64,000 nucleotides of DNA from Macrostomum lignano (GCA_002269645.1 NIVC01000100.1:930001-994000), one strand, 5' to 3'; shown: positions 27,398 through 40,549, counted from the stretch's first letter. Notes: generated by a model not told the origin, from the sequence alone. Numbers and translations: made by a program.

Positions 27398-29556
27398 GAC
27401 TGACTGACTGACTGACTGACTGACTGACTGACTGACTGACTGACCTGAGTGAGTGGGTGACTGACTGACTGACTGACTGACTGACTGACTGACCTGAGTG
27501 AGTGGGTGACTGACTGACTGACTGACTGACTGACTGACTGACTGACTGACTGACTGACTGACTGACTGACTGACTGACTGACTGACTGACTGACTGACTG
27601 ACTGACTGACTGACCTGAGTGAGTGGGTGACTGACTGACTGACTGACTGACTGACTGACTGACTGACTGACTGACCTGAGTGAGTGGGTGGGTGACTGAC
27701 TGACTGACTGACTGACTGACTGACTGACTGACTGACTGACTGACTGACCTGAGTGAGTGGGTGACTGACTGACTGACTGACTGACTGACTGACTGACTGA
27801 CTGACTGACTGACTGACTGACTGACTGACCTGAGTGAGTGGGTGACTGACTGACTGACTGACTGACTGACTGACTGACTGACTGACCTGAGTGAGTGGGT
27901 GACTGACTGACTGACTGACTGACTGACTGACTGACTGACTGACTGACTGACTGACTGACTGACTGACTGACCTGAGTGAGTGGGTGACTGACTGACTGAC
28001 TGACTGACTGACTGACTGACTGACTGACTGACTGACTGACTGACTGACCTGAGTGAGTGGGTGGGTGACTGACTGACTGACTGACTGACTGACTGACTGA
28101 CCTGAGTGAGTGGGTGACTGACTGACTGACTGACTGACTGACTGACTGACTGACTGACTGACTGACTGACTGACTGACTGACTGACTGACTGACTGACTG
28201 ACTGACCTGAGTGAGTGGGTGACTGACTGACTGACTGACTGACTGACTGACTGACTGACTGACTGACTGACTGACTGACTGACTGACCTGAGTGAGTGGG
28301 TGACTGACTGACTGACCGACTGACTGACTGACTGACTGACTGACTGACTGACTGACCTGAGTGAGTGGGTGACTGACTGACTGACTGACTGACTGACTGA
28401 CTGACTGACTGACTGACTGACTGACTGACTGACTGACTGACTGACCTGAGTGACTGACTGACTGACTGACTGACTGACTGACTGACTGACTGACTGACTG
28501 ACTGACTGACTGACTGACTGACTGACTGACTGACTGACTGACTGACTGACTGACCTGAGTGAGTGGGTGACTGACTGACTGACTGACTGACTGACTGACT
28601 GACTGACTGACTGACTGACTGACTGACTGACTGACTGACTGACCTGAGTGAGTGGGTGACTGACTGACTGACTGACTGACTGACTGACTGACTGACTGAC
28701 TGACTGACTGACTGACTGACTGACTGACTGACTGACTGACTGACTGACTGACTGACTGACCTGAGTGAGTGGGTGACTGACTGACTGACTGACTGACTGA
28801 CTGACTGACTGACTGACTGACTGACTGACTGACTGACTGACCTGAGTGAGTGGGTGACTGACTGACTGACTGACTGACTGACTGACTGACTGACTGACTG
28901 ACTGACTGACTGACTGACTGACCTGAGTGAGTGGGTGGGTGACTGACTGACTGACTGACTGACTGACTGACTGACCTGAGTGAGTGGGTGACTGACTGAC
29001 TGACTGACTGACTGACTGACTGACTGACTGACTGACTGACTGACTGACTGACTGACTGACTGACTGACTGACTGACTGACTGACTGACTGACTGACTGAC
29101 CTGAGTGAGTGGGTGACTGACTGACTGACCGACTGACTGACTGACTGACTGACTGACTGACTGACTGACCTGAGTGAGTGGGTGACTGACTGACCGACTG
29201 ACTGACTGACTGACTGACTGACTGACTGACTGACCTGAGTGAGTGGGTGACTGACTGACTGACTGACTGACTGACTGACTGACTGACTGACTGACTGACT
29301 GACTGACTGACTGACTGACTGACTGACTGACTGACTGACTGACCTGAGTGACTGACTGACTGACTGACTGACTGACTGACTGACTGACTGACTGACTGAC
29401 TGACCTGAGTGAGTGGGTGGGTGGGTGACTGACTGACTGACTGACTGACTGACTGACTGACTGACTGACCTGAGTGAGTGGGTGGGTGACTGACTGACTG
29501 ACTGACTGACTGACTGACTGACTGACTGACTGACTGACTGACTGACTGACTGACTG
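27398..29556. repeat. 2.1-kb (GACT)n microsatellite punctuated by GACCTGAGTGAGTGGGT cassettes
   Basis: Direct reading; source of the spurious 733-aa SQSV ORF. Confidence 0.95.
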
Positions 29557-30335
29557 CTCTGCTCAGAGTCTCAGAGCTTGGACTGTTCAACAGTGGAAGT
29601 TTATTTACAAATCGATCTAAAGTACACTAGTAGCCAGTCTATTTTCGATTCAGAGTCAATTTTGTTGAGGTTGTAGGCTTGGTCACGCTTGCTTTGGAGG
29701 AGCTCGTCAGCTGCAGGCTCGCGGCATGCCTGATCAAACAGAATGCAGCCGAATCCGTCTTCCCTGTCTTGTCTTGTATTTCTAAATGAGAAAATCGTGT
29801 ACTGTGCTCTGAATGCTTTAATATTGAAAGTTGGACTTTTTGAAACTATCACTAATTACACAGGCAATCTTGTCTTGGTAGAACTGTCAGTGAAAGGCGT
29901 TATTGTAATCTTTTTTGGGTGGAAATTTCGGATTTTAATTTCGGACGCTTTTTGTTAACCATTAATTAATTGACAGACATTTGCACCTGTCTAATTTAGA
30001 AATAGTTCTTTCTATTATTAGTATTTTTACCAGATTGATTTCCAAAGAATTACGGACAGAATCGTCAAAGAATGAATTAATTACTTAGATTGGCAAGTGA
30101 AGCTTGTCAAAAATTGTAAGTTGTAATTGTTAGTTTGTATCTACTAGCCATGATGCTTGTTTCAAAAATACAAGCAAATACAAGATCGGCCTAAACTTCA
30201 AGCTGTCGGATGGTCGGTACAGATAGCTGCCCTTGACTAAAGTCTTTGATCGTCGATAATATTTTTGTAGCCTACAAGTATAAAAGCTAACCAAGTTCTA
30301 CAGTGCCATTTCCTGTCGAGCGACGCCAAACACAA

Positions 30336-30822
30336 AGTCAGTAGGACAGTCTGGGCCATAGACTATCATCCCGCTTGATTAAGTCAGTACCAGTTGGACT
30401 GTCCAGGCCATAGACTATCCTCCCCGTTTGATTAAGTCAGTACCAGTTGGACTGTCCAGGCCATAGACTATCCTCCCCGTTTGATTAAGTCAGTACCAGT
30501 TGGACTGTCCAGGCCATAGACTATCCTCCCCGTTTGATTAAGTCAGTACCAGTTGGGCTGTCTAGGCCATAGACTATCCTCCCCGTTTGATTAAGTCAGT
30601 ACCAGTTGGGCTGTCTAGGCCATAGACTATCCTCCCCGTTTGATTAAGTCAGTACCAGTTGGGCTGTCTAGGCCATAGACTATCCTCCCCGTTTGATTAA
30701 GTCAGTGGGACTGTCTTGGCCACAAGCTATCAACCCCGTTTGATTAAGTCAGTACCAGTTGGGCTGTCTAGGCCATAGACTATCCTCCCGTTTGATTAAG
30801 TCAGTAGGACAGTCTGGGCCAT
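30336..30822. repeat. 53-bp minisatellite GGCCATAGACTATCCTCCCCGTTTGATTAAGTCAGTACCAGTTGG(A/G)CTGTC(C/T)A
   Basis: Period 53 (30421 to 30474); bounded by direct repeat AAGTCAGTAGGACAGTCTGGGCCATA. Confidence 0.9.
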
Positions 30823-31314
30823 AATTTATTATTGGTAATTGATGGATGAAGCAAATAGCAAGTAAAATTATATGCTGGAAGATTTTCGTACTAAGTTGAC
30901 CCCGGATTGTTACCGATTTCTTTTCGGAATAATGAGTATAGAGCTGATCGGATTATGGAGGCAGGGAAAATTCTGTCCTGAAAGCCTAGCTAATTGATGT
31001 CTCTTTAATGAAGAGTCTTTTTGTCACAGATTCTCTCGTCTAATCAAGTAAAAAAGACAAGATTGCATTTACTTTAGAATTTTGCTCGGGTAAGCACCAA
31101 GCTTTGAGTTAGATCTTTTGTTTCTGTGGCGTTTTTGTGGGCTAATTGCTAATTTTTTTGCTTAGTAGCGATTCTCTTTTGAGCTGAACTCATCAAGCGC
31201 ATTAATACAGTCAGATGGGCGTGCAACGGAAAACTGTGTTCCTTCTTTGCAGTTTAATGCTAATTATTTTAGCAATTCCAATGTCTTTGGGCGTGCAAAA
31301 TTGCTGCGATTGTG

Positions 31315-31710
31315 TTGCTAGGTTGCTGTTAGTTACCGTTGCTAGGTTGCTGTTAGTTACCGTTGCTAGGTTGCTGTTAGTTACCGTTGCTAGGTTGCTG
31401 TTAGTTACCGTTGCTATGTTGCTGTTAGTTACCGTTTCTAAGGTGCTGTTACTGTTTCTTAGGGTTTTGTTAGTTACCGTTGCTGGGGCGCTGTTAATTA
31501 TCGTTGCTAAGTGAGTTAGCTATTAATTACGGTTGCTAAGGGAGCTGTTATTTACTGTTTCTAACGGAGCTGTTATTTACCGTTGCTAAGGTAGCTGTTA
31601 ATCACTGTTGCTATTTATAAGTTGCTGTTAGTTACCATTGCTAGGGAGCTGTTAGTTACCGCTGTTAGGTTATTGTTTACCAGGTATCATTGCTGTGGTA
31701 ACTCACCCGT
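31315..31710. repeat. 24-bp minisatellite GTTGCTAGGTTGCTGTTAGTTACC, degenerating rightwards
   Basis: Direct reading. Confidence 0.8.
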
Positions 31711-32269
31711 TGCTAGAGTACGTTAGCCCTAAAGTGCTATGTACAGAGCTGTTATGTACTCTTATCTAGTTATTCATGTACTTTCGGCTACGTTATAGTT
31801 GATCACCATAAATCACTTTAAAACGCTTCTATACCATTTAATTTCTCAGAAAAATTTTTTCAGAACATATGTTTTAAGTAATTTTCCCAGTTATTTAACT
31901 GCAGGTTTTTACCTACTTTTTCTACCTTTAACTTCGGTCAACTTGCAGGCAGTTAAGAGTTACAATCTCGTGCACAGATTTGATCATACATCAAAGGCGA
32001 AAGTCTACGCTTAAAAAAGGGTGACATAGTCGAGGCCTTATCTCTGCAATTAGGGTGCAAAGTTCAATCTTCAATCTGCAGTTCTATACGCAGGTACATT
32101 GTTAATAACAATTTAGAAATCCAACTTGACAATTCTTCAGTTGGCCACCAGCTGTCCACAGCGTGTCTTTAGCGGCTGGCTCTCATGCCATCTGCCTTGG
32201 CCAGTTAGTAACAATACAAAACTTTATTATTGTTCGGCTAAAGAGTTCGCATTCCGGTTTAAAGAGAAA

Positions 32270-35200
32270 ATGTCTAATAGCAGGCAAGATCAACTGCAGC
32301 AGGACTACCCATCAGCTGTCAGAGCTCTTAACAAGCTGCAATCGAATGCAGCAAATTTAGATCAGGTGCTGCGCGAGAAGGACGCCAGGTGTGGCGATAA
32401 AATACCAGAAATGATACGATGGGCTGCTAAGCTGGGTGAGATCTGTTGTTCCTTTGTTGCTTCTGCTGTTTCTTTGTTGCTTCTGCTGTTTCTTTGTTGC
32501 TTCTGCTGTTCCTTTGTTGCTTCTGCTGTTTCTTTGTTGCTTCTGCTGTTTCTTTGTTGCTTCTGCTGTTTCTTTGTTGCTTCTGCTGTTCCTTTGTTGC
32601 TTCTGCTGTTTCTTTGTTGCTTCTGCTGTTTCTTTGTTGCTTCTGCTGTTTCTTTGTTGCTTCTGCTGTTCCTTTGTTGCTTCTGCTGTTTCTTTGTTGC
32701 TTCTGCTGTTTCTTTGTTGCTTCTGCTGTTCCTTTGTTGCTTCTGCTGTTTCTTTGTTGCTTTTGCTGTTTCTTTGTTGCTTCTGCTGTTCCTTTGTTGC
32801 TTCTGCTGTTCCTTTGTTGCTTCTGTCGTTTCTGTTGTTGCTGGCGAGCCTTAGTGCTGGCGCCCTTTGGTGCTGGCGCCCCTTGGTGCTTGAACGTGTC
32901 GAAGTTATTGTCAGCTGCTGCTAAAATAACCTATTATAAGATGACGAGCCGTTAATAACTGTTAAAGCAGGGATATTTACTCCAGCCGTTTACCCTAAAC
33001 GCGCTTTCTTTAGATGTAACGCCTGCCGACTACAACTCGCTTCGTGTGATCCACGTGACCGGCACCAAGGGTAAAGGCGGAACTTCGGCCTACGCCGAAT
33101 CTATTCTACGTTGCCATGGTTACCGTACAGGTTTCTTCTCGTCGCCGCATTTGGTAGAAGTTCGCGAACGAATTCGAATCAACGGCCGGCCTCTGTCGCG
33201 TGAACAGTTTGCTAAACAGTTTTGGCGCGTGCACGGCAGGCTGATTGGCACGGGTTCTGCGGGTGAGCCCGAGCCAGCCTATTTTCCTTTCCTAACGCTG
33301 ATGGCTGTGTGGACTTTTCTGGCTGAAAAGGTGGACGTTGCTATTGTTGAGGTGAGTGCTAATAGTGTGCATTAACTGTTTCTAAGGTATAATATCCCCT
33401 TCCTAAGATGTAAGCCACCGTTGCTAGGGTATAAAATTCCATTTCTAAGGCATAAGGAACCGTTGCTAGTGTAAATATCCCATTTCTAAGGCATAAGGAA
33501 CCGTTGCAAGGGTAACTATCTTATTTATAAGGTGTAAGAAACCTTTACTAAGGCAAATATCCCTTTCTAAGGTGTAAGGAACCGTTGCTAGGGCAAATAT
33601 CCCTTTCTAAGGTGTAAAGAACCGTTGCTAGGGCAAATATCCCATTTCTAAGTTGTAAGAAACCGTTGCTAGTGTAAATATCTATTTCTAAGGTGTAAGG
33701 AACCGTTGCTAGGGCAAATATCCCATTTCTAAGGTGTAAGAAACCGTTGCTAGTGTAAATATCTATTTCTAAGGTGTAAGGAACCGTTGCTAGGGCAAAT
33801 ATCCCATTTCTAAGGTGTAAGGAACCGTTGCTAGGGCAAATATCCCATTTCTAAGGTGTAAGGAACCGTTGCTAGGGAAAATATCCCATTTCTAAGGTGT
33901 AAGGAACCGTTGCTAGGATATAATGTCCCGTTGCTAGGGCATAATACTCGTTGCTAGGGTTTATAATCAGCCGTTGCTACGCTCGTATGTATAATCTTAC
34001 GTCGCAGCAGCGAATTCAATTACAATTTTCATTAGAGTACTATATGCCCTGCTACTAGAGTATGAATCTCGGTTGCTAGGGTATTAGCAAGTGTCTGTTG
34101 CTAAGGTATGAAATGGTTTATTTCGTTAAAAGTTTAATATTTAACTAGACCAGGCTATTAGTACTACTCGTATTAACAGCAAAAATAAAAATTCCATTTT
34201 TTTCAAAGAGCCTAGTGACATTTTCAATGCACAGCAGATATTTAAATTTATAAATAATCAATAAAAGGACACTTAAAGGTCGATGTTTTCACACTGTCTG
34301 CACCTGCGCATTAAGAGAAGAGATTCGACATTGCACTGTACGAGCGTAATTATATTCAACATCGACAATTTCATGCTAGACATTTAAGTGCTTTCTGGAA
34401 AATCTGACAAAAATGCATTAAAAAAAATAAATTCCAGTGCAGTATAACAAAACTGTATAGCTCCCGCTAGAGCCGAAATTGAAGTGCATTCAAATGCGAC
34501 TCAGGTTGATTCCTTTATCAATACCAATATTTTATCGTTGATTAATTAGTGGGGACGTTGCTCATCCTGCCTTTGAACTTGACAGATAGAAAGCATCTGG
34601 CTCTAATGGCTCAGATGCTAATTGTCACTCTGAACCTCGCCCATTTTCACTCTCAATCTCACCAATTGTCACTCTCAAACTTTCTGAATTTCACTCTCAA
34701 CCCCAAAAAATATCACTCTCAACCTCGCCAAGTGTCACTCTCAACCTCGCCAATTGTCACTCTCCACCTCGCCAATTGTCACTATCAACCTCGTCCATTT
34801 TCACTCTCAACCTCGCCAATCGTCACTCTCAACCTCGCCAATTGTCACTATCAACCTCGTCCATTTTCACTCTCAATTTCGCCAATTGTAACTCTCAACC
34901 TCGGCAATCGTCACTCTCAACCTCGCCAATTGTCACTCTCCACCTCGCCAATTGTCACTATCAACCTCGTCCATTTTCACTCTCAACCTCGCCAATTGTC
35001 ACTCTCAACCTCGCCAATTGTCACTCTCAAACTTTCTGAATTTCACTCTCAACCCCAAAAAATATCACTCTCAACCTCGCCAATTGTCACTCTCAACCTC
35101 GCCAATTGTCACTCTCCACCTCGCCAATTGTCACTATCAACCTCGTCCATTTTCACTCTTAATTTCGCCAATTGTCACTCTCAACCTCGGCAATCGTCAC

Positions 35201-36700
35201 TCTCAACCTCGCCAATTGTCACTCTCCACCTCGCCAATTGTCACTATCAACCTCGTCCATTTTCACTCTCAACCTCGCCAATTGTCACTCTCAACCTCGC
35301 CAATTGTCACTCTCAAACTTTCTGAATTTCACTCTCAACCCCAAAAAATATCACTCTCAACCTCGCCAATTGTCACTCTCAACCTCGCCAATTGTCACTC
35401 TCCACCTCGCCAATTGTCACTATCAACCTCGTCCATTTTCACTCTTAATTTCGCCAATTGTCACTCTCAACCTCGCCAATCGTCACTCTCAACCTCGCAA
35501 TTTTCACTCTCAAACTTTCTGAATTTCACTCTCAACCCCAAAAAATATCACTCTCAGCCTCGCCAATTGTCACTCTCAACCTCGCCAATTGTCACTCTCA
35601 AACTTTCTGAATTTCACTCTCAACCCCAAAAAATATCACTCTCAACCTCGCCAATTGTCACTCTCAACCTCGCCAATTGTCACTCTCAACGTAGCCAATT
35701 GTCACTCTCAACCTTGCCCATTTTCACTCTCAATTTCGCCAATTGTCACTTTCAACCTCGCCAATTGTCACTGTCAAACTTTCTGAATTTCACTCTCAAC
35801 CCCAAAAAATATCACTCTCAACCTCGCCAATTGTCACTCTCAACCTCGCCAATTGTCACTCTCAACCTCGCCAATCGTCACTCTCAACCTCGCCAATTGT
35901 CACTCTCCACGTAGCCAATTGTCACTCTCAACCTCGCCCATTTTCACTCTCAATTTCGCCAATTGTCACTTTTAACCTCGCCAATTGGCACTGTCAAACT
36001 TTCTGAATTTCACTCTCAACCCCAAAAAATATCACTCTCAACCTCGCCAATTGTCACTCTCAGCCTCGCCAATTGTCACTCTCAACCTCGTCAATTGTCA
36101 CTCTCAACTTCCCATTTTTCATTCTCAGTGTCCCCATTGTCACTCCCGTCACTCCAGGTGGGCATCGGCGGTCGTTACGACAGCACAAACTTTGTCTCGT
36201 CTCCCTGGGTGTGCGCCTTCTCCCCTCTCGGCCTCGATCACACCGCCCTCCTTGGCAATAGCATCGCCGAAATTGCCTGGCAAAAAGCTGGAATCATGAA
36301 GCCCGGATGTCCCTCAGTGACTGTCTATGGCCAGCCAGAAGAGGGCCTGGCTGTGCTTCAATCCCAGTCTGCCGATCTGGGTTGTCCGCTGTTGATCGCT
36401 CCAGAGCTGAATGAACTGCCCGAGTCGCTAGCGGGCAGGTTGGCTCCATCGCAGAAGGCCAATGCCGCTCTGGCCGTGGCCGTCTGCCGAGTGTGGCTGC
36501 GCAGAGCTCGGACTGATGAGGCCTTGCTGGAGGCTGGGCGAGGCCTGGTTGTGGTGAGTGTTCTGGCTGCGACAGTACGGCACTGAGACAGGCAGACTGA
36601 CAGACAGTAGTACAGACACTTAGACACTAGGGCAGACACTGAGACAGACATTAAGACTGAGAAAGACACTGATACAGACACCAAGAGAGACTTACACTGG

Positions 36701-36775
<75 letters not shown>

Positions 36776-36879
36776 GGACGGACAGGCAGACAGACAGACG
36801 GACAGGCAGACAGACAGACAGACAGACAGACAGACACTAAGACACTAAGACACTAAGACAGACAGACAGACAGACACTA

Positions 36880-36971
<92 letters not shown>

Positions 36972-37075
36972 GGACGGACAGGCAGACAGACAGACGGACA
37001 GGCAGACAGACAGACAGACAGACAGACAGACACTAAGACACTAAGACACTAAGACAGACAGACAGACAGACACTA

Positions 37076-37136
<61 letters not shown>

Positions 37137-37155
37137 GGCAGGCAGACAAACAGGC

Positions 37156-37188
<33 letters not shown>

Positions 37189-37239
37189 GGTAGACAGACA
37201 GACAGACAGGCAGACAGACAGACAGACAGACAGACACTA

Positions 37240-37296
<57 letters not shown>

Positions 37297-37315
37297 GGCA
37301 GGCAGACAAACAGGC

Positions 37316-37348
<33 letters not shown>

Positions 37349-37367
37349 GGTAGACAGACAGACAGGC

Positions 37368-37400
<33 letters not shown>

Positions 37401-37411
37401 GGCAGACACTA

Positions 37412-37444
<33 letters not shown>

Positions 37445-40400
37445 GGCAGGCAGGCAGACACTAAGACAGACAGACAGACAGGCAGACACTAAGACAGACA
37501 GACAGACAGACAGGTAGGCAGGCAGACAGACAAGCAGACACTAAGACAAACAATAGGTCAGACACTGAGATAGACACTAATGCAGACATAAGACAGACAC
37601 TTTAATACAGACTCTAAGACAGACACTGAGACAGGCATTAGGAGACACTAGGACCAGTGGTGTGATTCAGGCGCGAATTCGCGCCAGGCGCGAAAATGGC
37701 GCGAATGCGCGAATCCTGGGGGTCTGGCGCGAAATTTTGTGGAACCATGGGCGCGAAAATTGCATTCCTATTTTCTGATTTTTATACTTATTCTATTGTC
37801 AGACAGTATGAAATACAAGAATGTCATAGCTTAGGAGATTAATCTCGAGAATTTCGAGATTCGTGGAGAATTTCGTGGTCGCAAAGAAGCAAAGTGACAC
37901 TGAAGATGTGGCTGCTACGTCTGCAAGGGCGGCAGAGATCAGATGTGTTGTCAGGATTGCACTAAGAATCGCAGCTTCGAGTCAGAAGAGGACCTTGCCG
38001 AGGATCTGATGGCCATTTGCCCAGATTCAAAGATTCCACCCAACATCGCCAACAAGAAGTTCAGGCGGGACACGGCTGGGACTTGAGAGACATGCTAATT
38101 GGTAGCCAGACGCATCTTCAAAAGTGTCATCAATTGACTTATTTGGCTGTCAGTAGAATATTATTGGCATGGCGCGAAAATTTTCAGTCGGCGCGAAATT
38201 TGGCAAACTTTCCAATCACACCACTGACTAGGACATCGCTAAAACAAATCAACAGTTACACAGGGCTCATGCATGTAATTATAATATTTTGCTTGCTGCA
38301 TATTTGAAACTGCATATTTGAAACTGCATATTTGAAACTGTCAATGTCACTTTTCGTGCCCCTATCTGCAGAGACATAAATGTAGTTTAGTTTGACATTT
38401 GACGCGTTCGCGGTGTTCTTGTGTCATTTTTCTTTTTTTAGAAAACCACATGAAAAATTGACGGTTACTTTCATTGAATCTCTAGCTGACGCTGTCTACT
38501 CTTTATCAATTTGAGTTACAAGGACTGGCATTTAGCTAAAAAGTACCATTCGTTCTTGTCTCTGTCTGTTAGACTATTCATTTTTAATCAGGGCCTTATA
38601 TGTATGCTACTCGTATGTTACACTATGATCCCTGTGATCCTTCTGAGTTGGTAGTTAGTGACACTGCATGTTCTTCATGCTATTTATCTCTTATAATTGG
38701 TATTAGCCTTCTTCATGACCGTCTGAATGGGTCATAAACCTTCTATGATCTTCATGACCCTTTTGTATTAGTCATAAACCTTCTATAGTCTTTATGACTT
38801 GTTTGAATTGGTCATAAACCTTCTATGATCTTCATGACATAAACCAAAATTAGTCATATTAGTCATTTGAAACTGCATATTTGAAACTGCATATTTGAAA
38901 CTGTCAATGTCACTTTTCGTGCCCCTATCTGCAGAGACATAAATTTAGTTTAGTTTGACATTTGAACAGCCACGGGAATAGCTGCTATTTAGGGAGCTAT
39001 TTAGGGATTCCAAACAAACAAAGTCATATTAGTCATAAACCTTCTATAGTCTTTATGACTTGTTTGAATTGGTCATAAACCTTCTATGATCTTCATGACC
39101 CTTTTGTATTAGTCATAAACCTTCTATAGTCTTTATGACTTGTTTGAATTGGTCATAAACCTTCTATGATCTTCATGACCCTTTTGTATTAGTCATAAAC
39201 CTTCTATAGTCTTTATGACCCTTTTGTATTAGTCATAAACCTTCTATAGTCTTTATGACTTGTTTGAATTGGTCATAAACCTACTATGCTCTTCATGACC
39301 CGTCTGAATGGGTCATAAACCTTCTATGATCTTTACGACTTATCTGAATTGGTCATAAACCTACTATGATCTTCATGACCCGTCTGAATGGGTCATAAAC
39401 CTTCTATGATCTTTACGACTTATCTGAATTGGTCATAAACCTACTATGATCTTCATGACCCGTCTGAATGGGTCATAAACCTTCTATGGTCTTTACGACT
39501 TGTCTGAATTGGTCAAAACCTTCAATGATATTCGTGGCCCGTCGGAATGGGTCATAAACCTTCTATAATCTTTACGACTTGTCTGAATTGGTCATAAACC
39601 TTCTATGATCTTCATGACCCTTTTGTATTAGTCATAAACCTTCTATAGTCTTTATGACTTGTTTGAATTGGTCATAAATTTTTATGATCATCCTGACTCC
39701 ACTAAATCGATCCTAAACTTTTCAACCTCATATTTGACAGCCTAATTAAATATTGTCATCACGAACTGCATAATCGATGATGTTGCAAACTCTGTACAAA
39801 CCTGTGCATTTCCCGCAGAAAAATCCAACCGAAGATTCAAACGACCCCCTAGATTTGGAGGCCTGCAACCGTGGCTTGTCCCTTGCCAGCTGGCCCGGTC
39901 GCTATGACGTCATGCCCTACCGACCAGGTGTCACCCTGTACATTGACGGCGCTCACACAGCTGAAAGCGTATCCCAGGCCGCCAGCTGGTTTGCTAATCT
40001 GCAACAGGGTCGAATTGGCGCTAAGAAAAAATTGCTATTCAATAGAACCGGCGACAGAAGGCCTAAGGATCTGCTGGCTCAGTTGGTTAAATTAGGATTT
40101 GTTCAGGCTGCATTTTGTCCCAATGTTGTGGACTCAAGGAGCTCAAGCAGCAGCCGTAGTGCGGATCTATTCAGCGCGTTGGCTTCCGGTGACTCTAGCG
40201 GTATCCGACTTAAAGTTGAAGAGAATAAAACCGCTTATGAGCAGCTTGATAGCCAATGCGATTGTCGAATATTCGATTCCGTAGCTGAAGCCCTCGAATG
40301 GTTGGTTACTGACGGAAATGGCTCGGACGAGATGCAATGCGATGTACTTGTCACCGGCAGTTTGCACTTGGTTGGCTGTCTGTACGCAATGCTAGCGCCC

Positions 40401-40448
40401 CAGGTGGCCGACGGGGAGACAACTGGGGAGGCTAGAGCTATTAGCTAG
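32270..40448 (+). CDS. FPGS: Folylpolyglutamate synthase (4 exons)
   Basis: join(32270..32435,33014..33351,36158..36553,39819..40448); 1530 nt, phases match, 509 aa. Motifs [44 protein letters not shown]|[58 protein letters not shown]. Confidence 0.95.
32445..32830. repeat. 20-bp minisatellite TTCTGCTGTTTCTTTGTTGC
   Basis: Direct reading; FPGS intron 1. Confidence 0.92.
33390..33960. repeat. 40-41-bp minisatellite GAACCGTTGCTAGGGCAAATATCCCATTTCTAAGGTGTAAG
   Basis: Period 41 (33781 to 33822); FPGS intron 2. Confidence 0.88.
34620..36130. repeat. 22-bp minisatellite CGCCAATTGTCACTCTCAACCT with recurring variant blocks
   Basis: Direct reading; merges into the acceptor of FPGS exon 3. Confidence 0.92.
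36590..37640. repeat. (GACA)n microsatellite
   Basis: Direct reading; FPGS intron 3. Confidence 0.95.
37655..38226 (+). mobile_element. hAT-superfamily non-autonomous DNA transposon (572 bp) in FPGS intron 3
   Basis: 13-bp TIRs CAGTGGTGTGATT / AATCACACCACTG; perfect 8-bp TSD ACTAGGAC (37647-37654, 38227-38234); subterminal GGCGCGAA repeats at both ends; frameshifted transposase-like remnant [36 protein letters not shown]. Confidence 0.88.
38710..39690. repeat. About 40-bp minisatellite GGTCATAAACCTTCTATGATCTTCATGACCCGTCTGAATG (alternating variants), interrupted at 38866-39021
   Basis: Period 40 (39311 to 39351); FPGS intron 3. Confidence 0.88.
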
Positions 40449-40549
40449 CTCTTAGTAGTCTTCCCGAGTTGTCAGCCGAACAGCGTAATTAACTATTAGC
40501 CTGACGAAAATGGCCCTTTGTTACACTCTTACCTTTGATTCCTTCCCCT

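Noticed and set aside
27389-29590. 733-aa SQSV ORF and similar long ORFs (CLSV, poly-V/poly-L, GAPAPR, HPQYPIR, NCHSQPR, SHSRDSH)
   Set aside because: These are translations of micro/minisatellites lacking stop codons in some frames; most lie inside introns and show no domain content.
29601-30330. Possible minus-strand exons (acceptor-like site near 29783; ORF 29601-29852)
   Set aside because: No recognisable homology in any frame, and no consistent exon chain could be assembled.
31215-31514. 99-aa ORF with hydrophobic N-terminus (MGVQRKTVFLLCSLML...)
   Set aside because: It runs straight into the 24-bp satellite, has no recognisable motif and its splice context is unsupported.
32094-32269. 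Upstream mitochondrial-targeting extension of FPGS
   Set aside because: The frame is open from 32126 but has no in-frame ATG, and the putative 47-nt intron 32094-32140 does not lead to a credible start exon.
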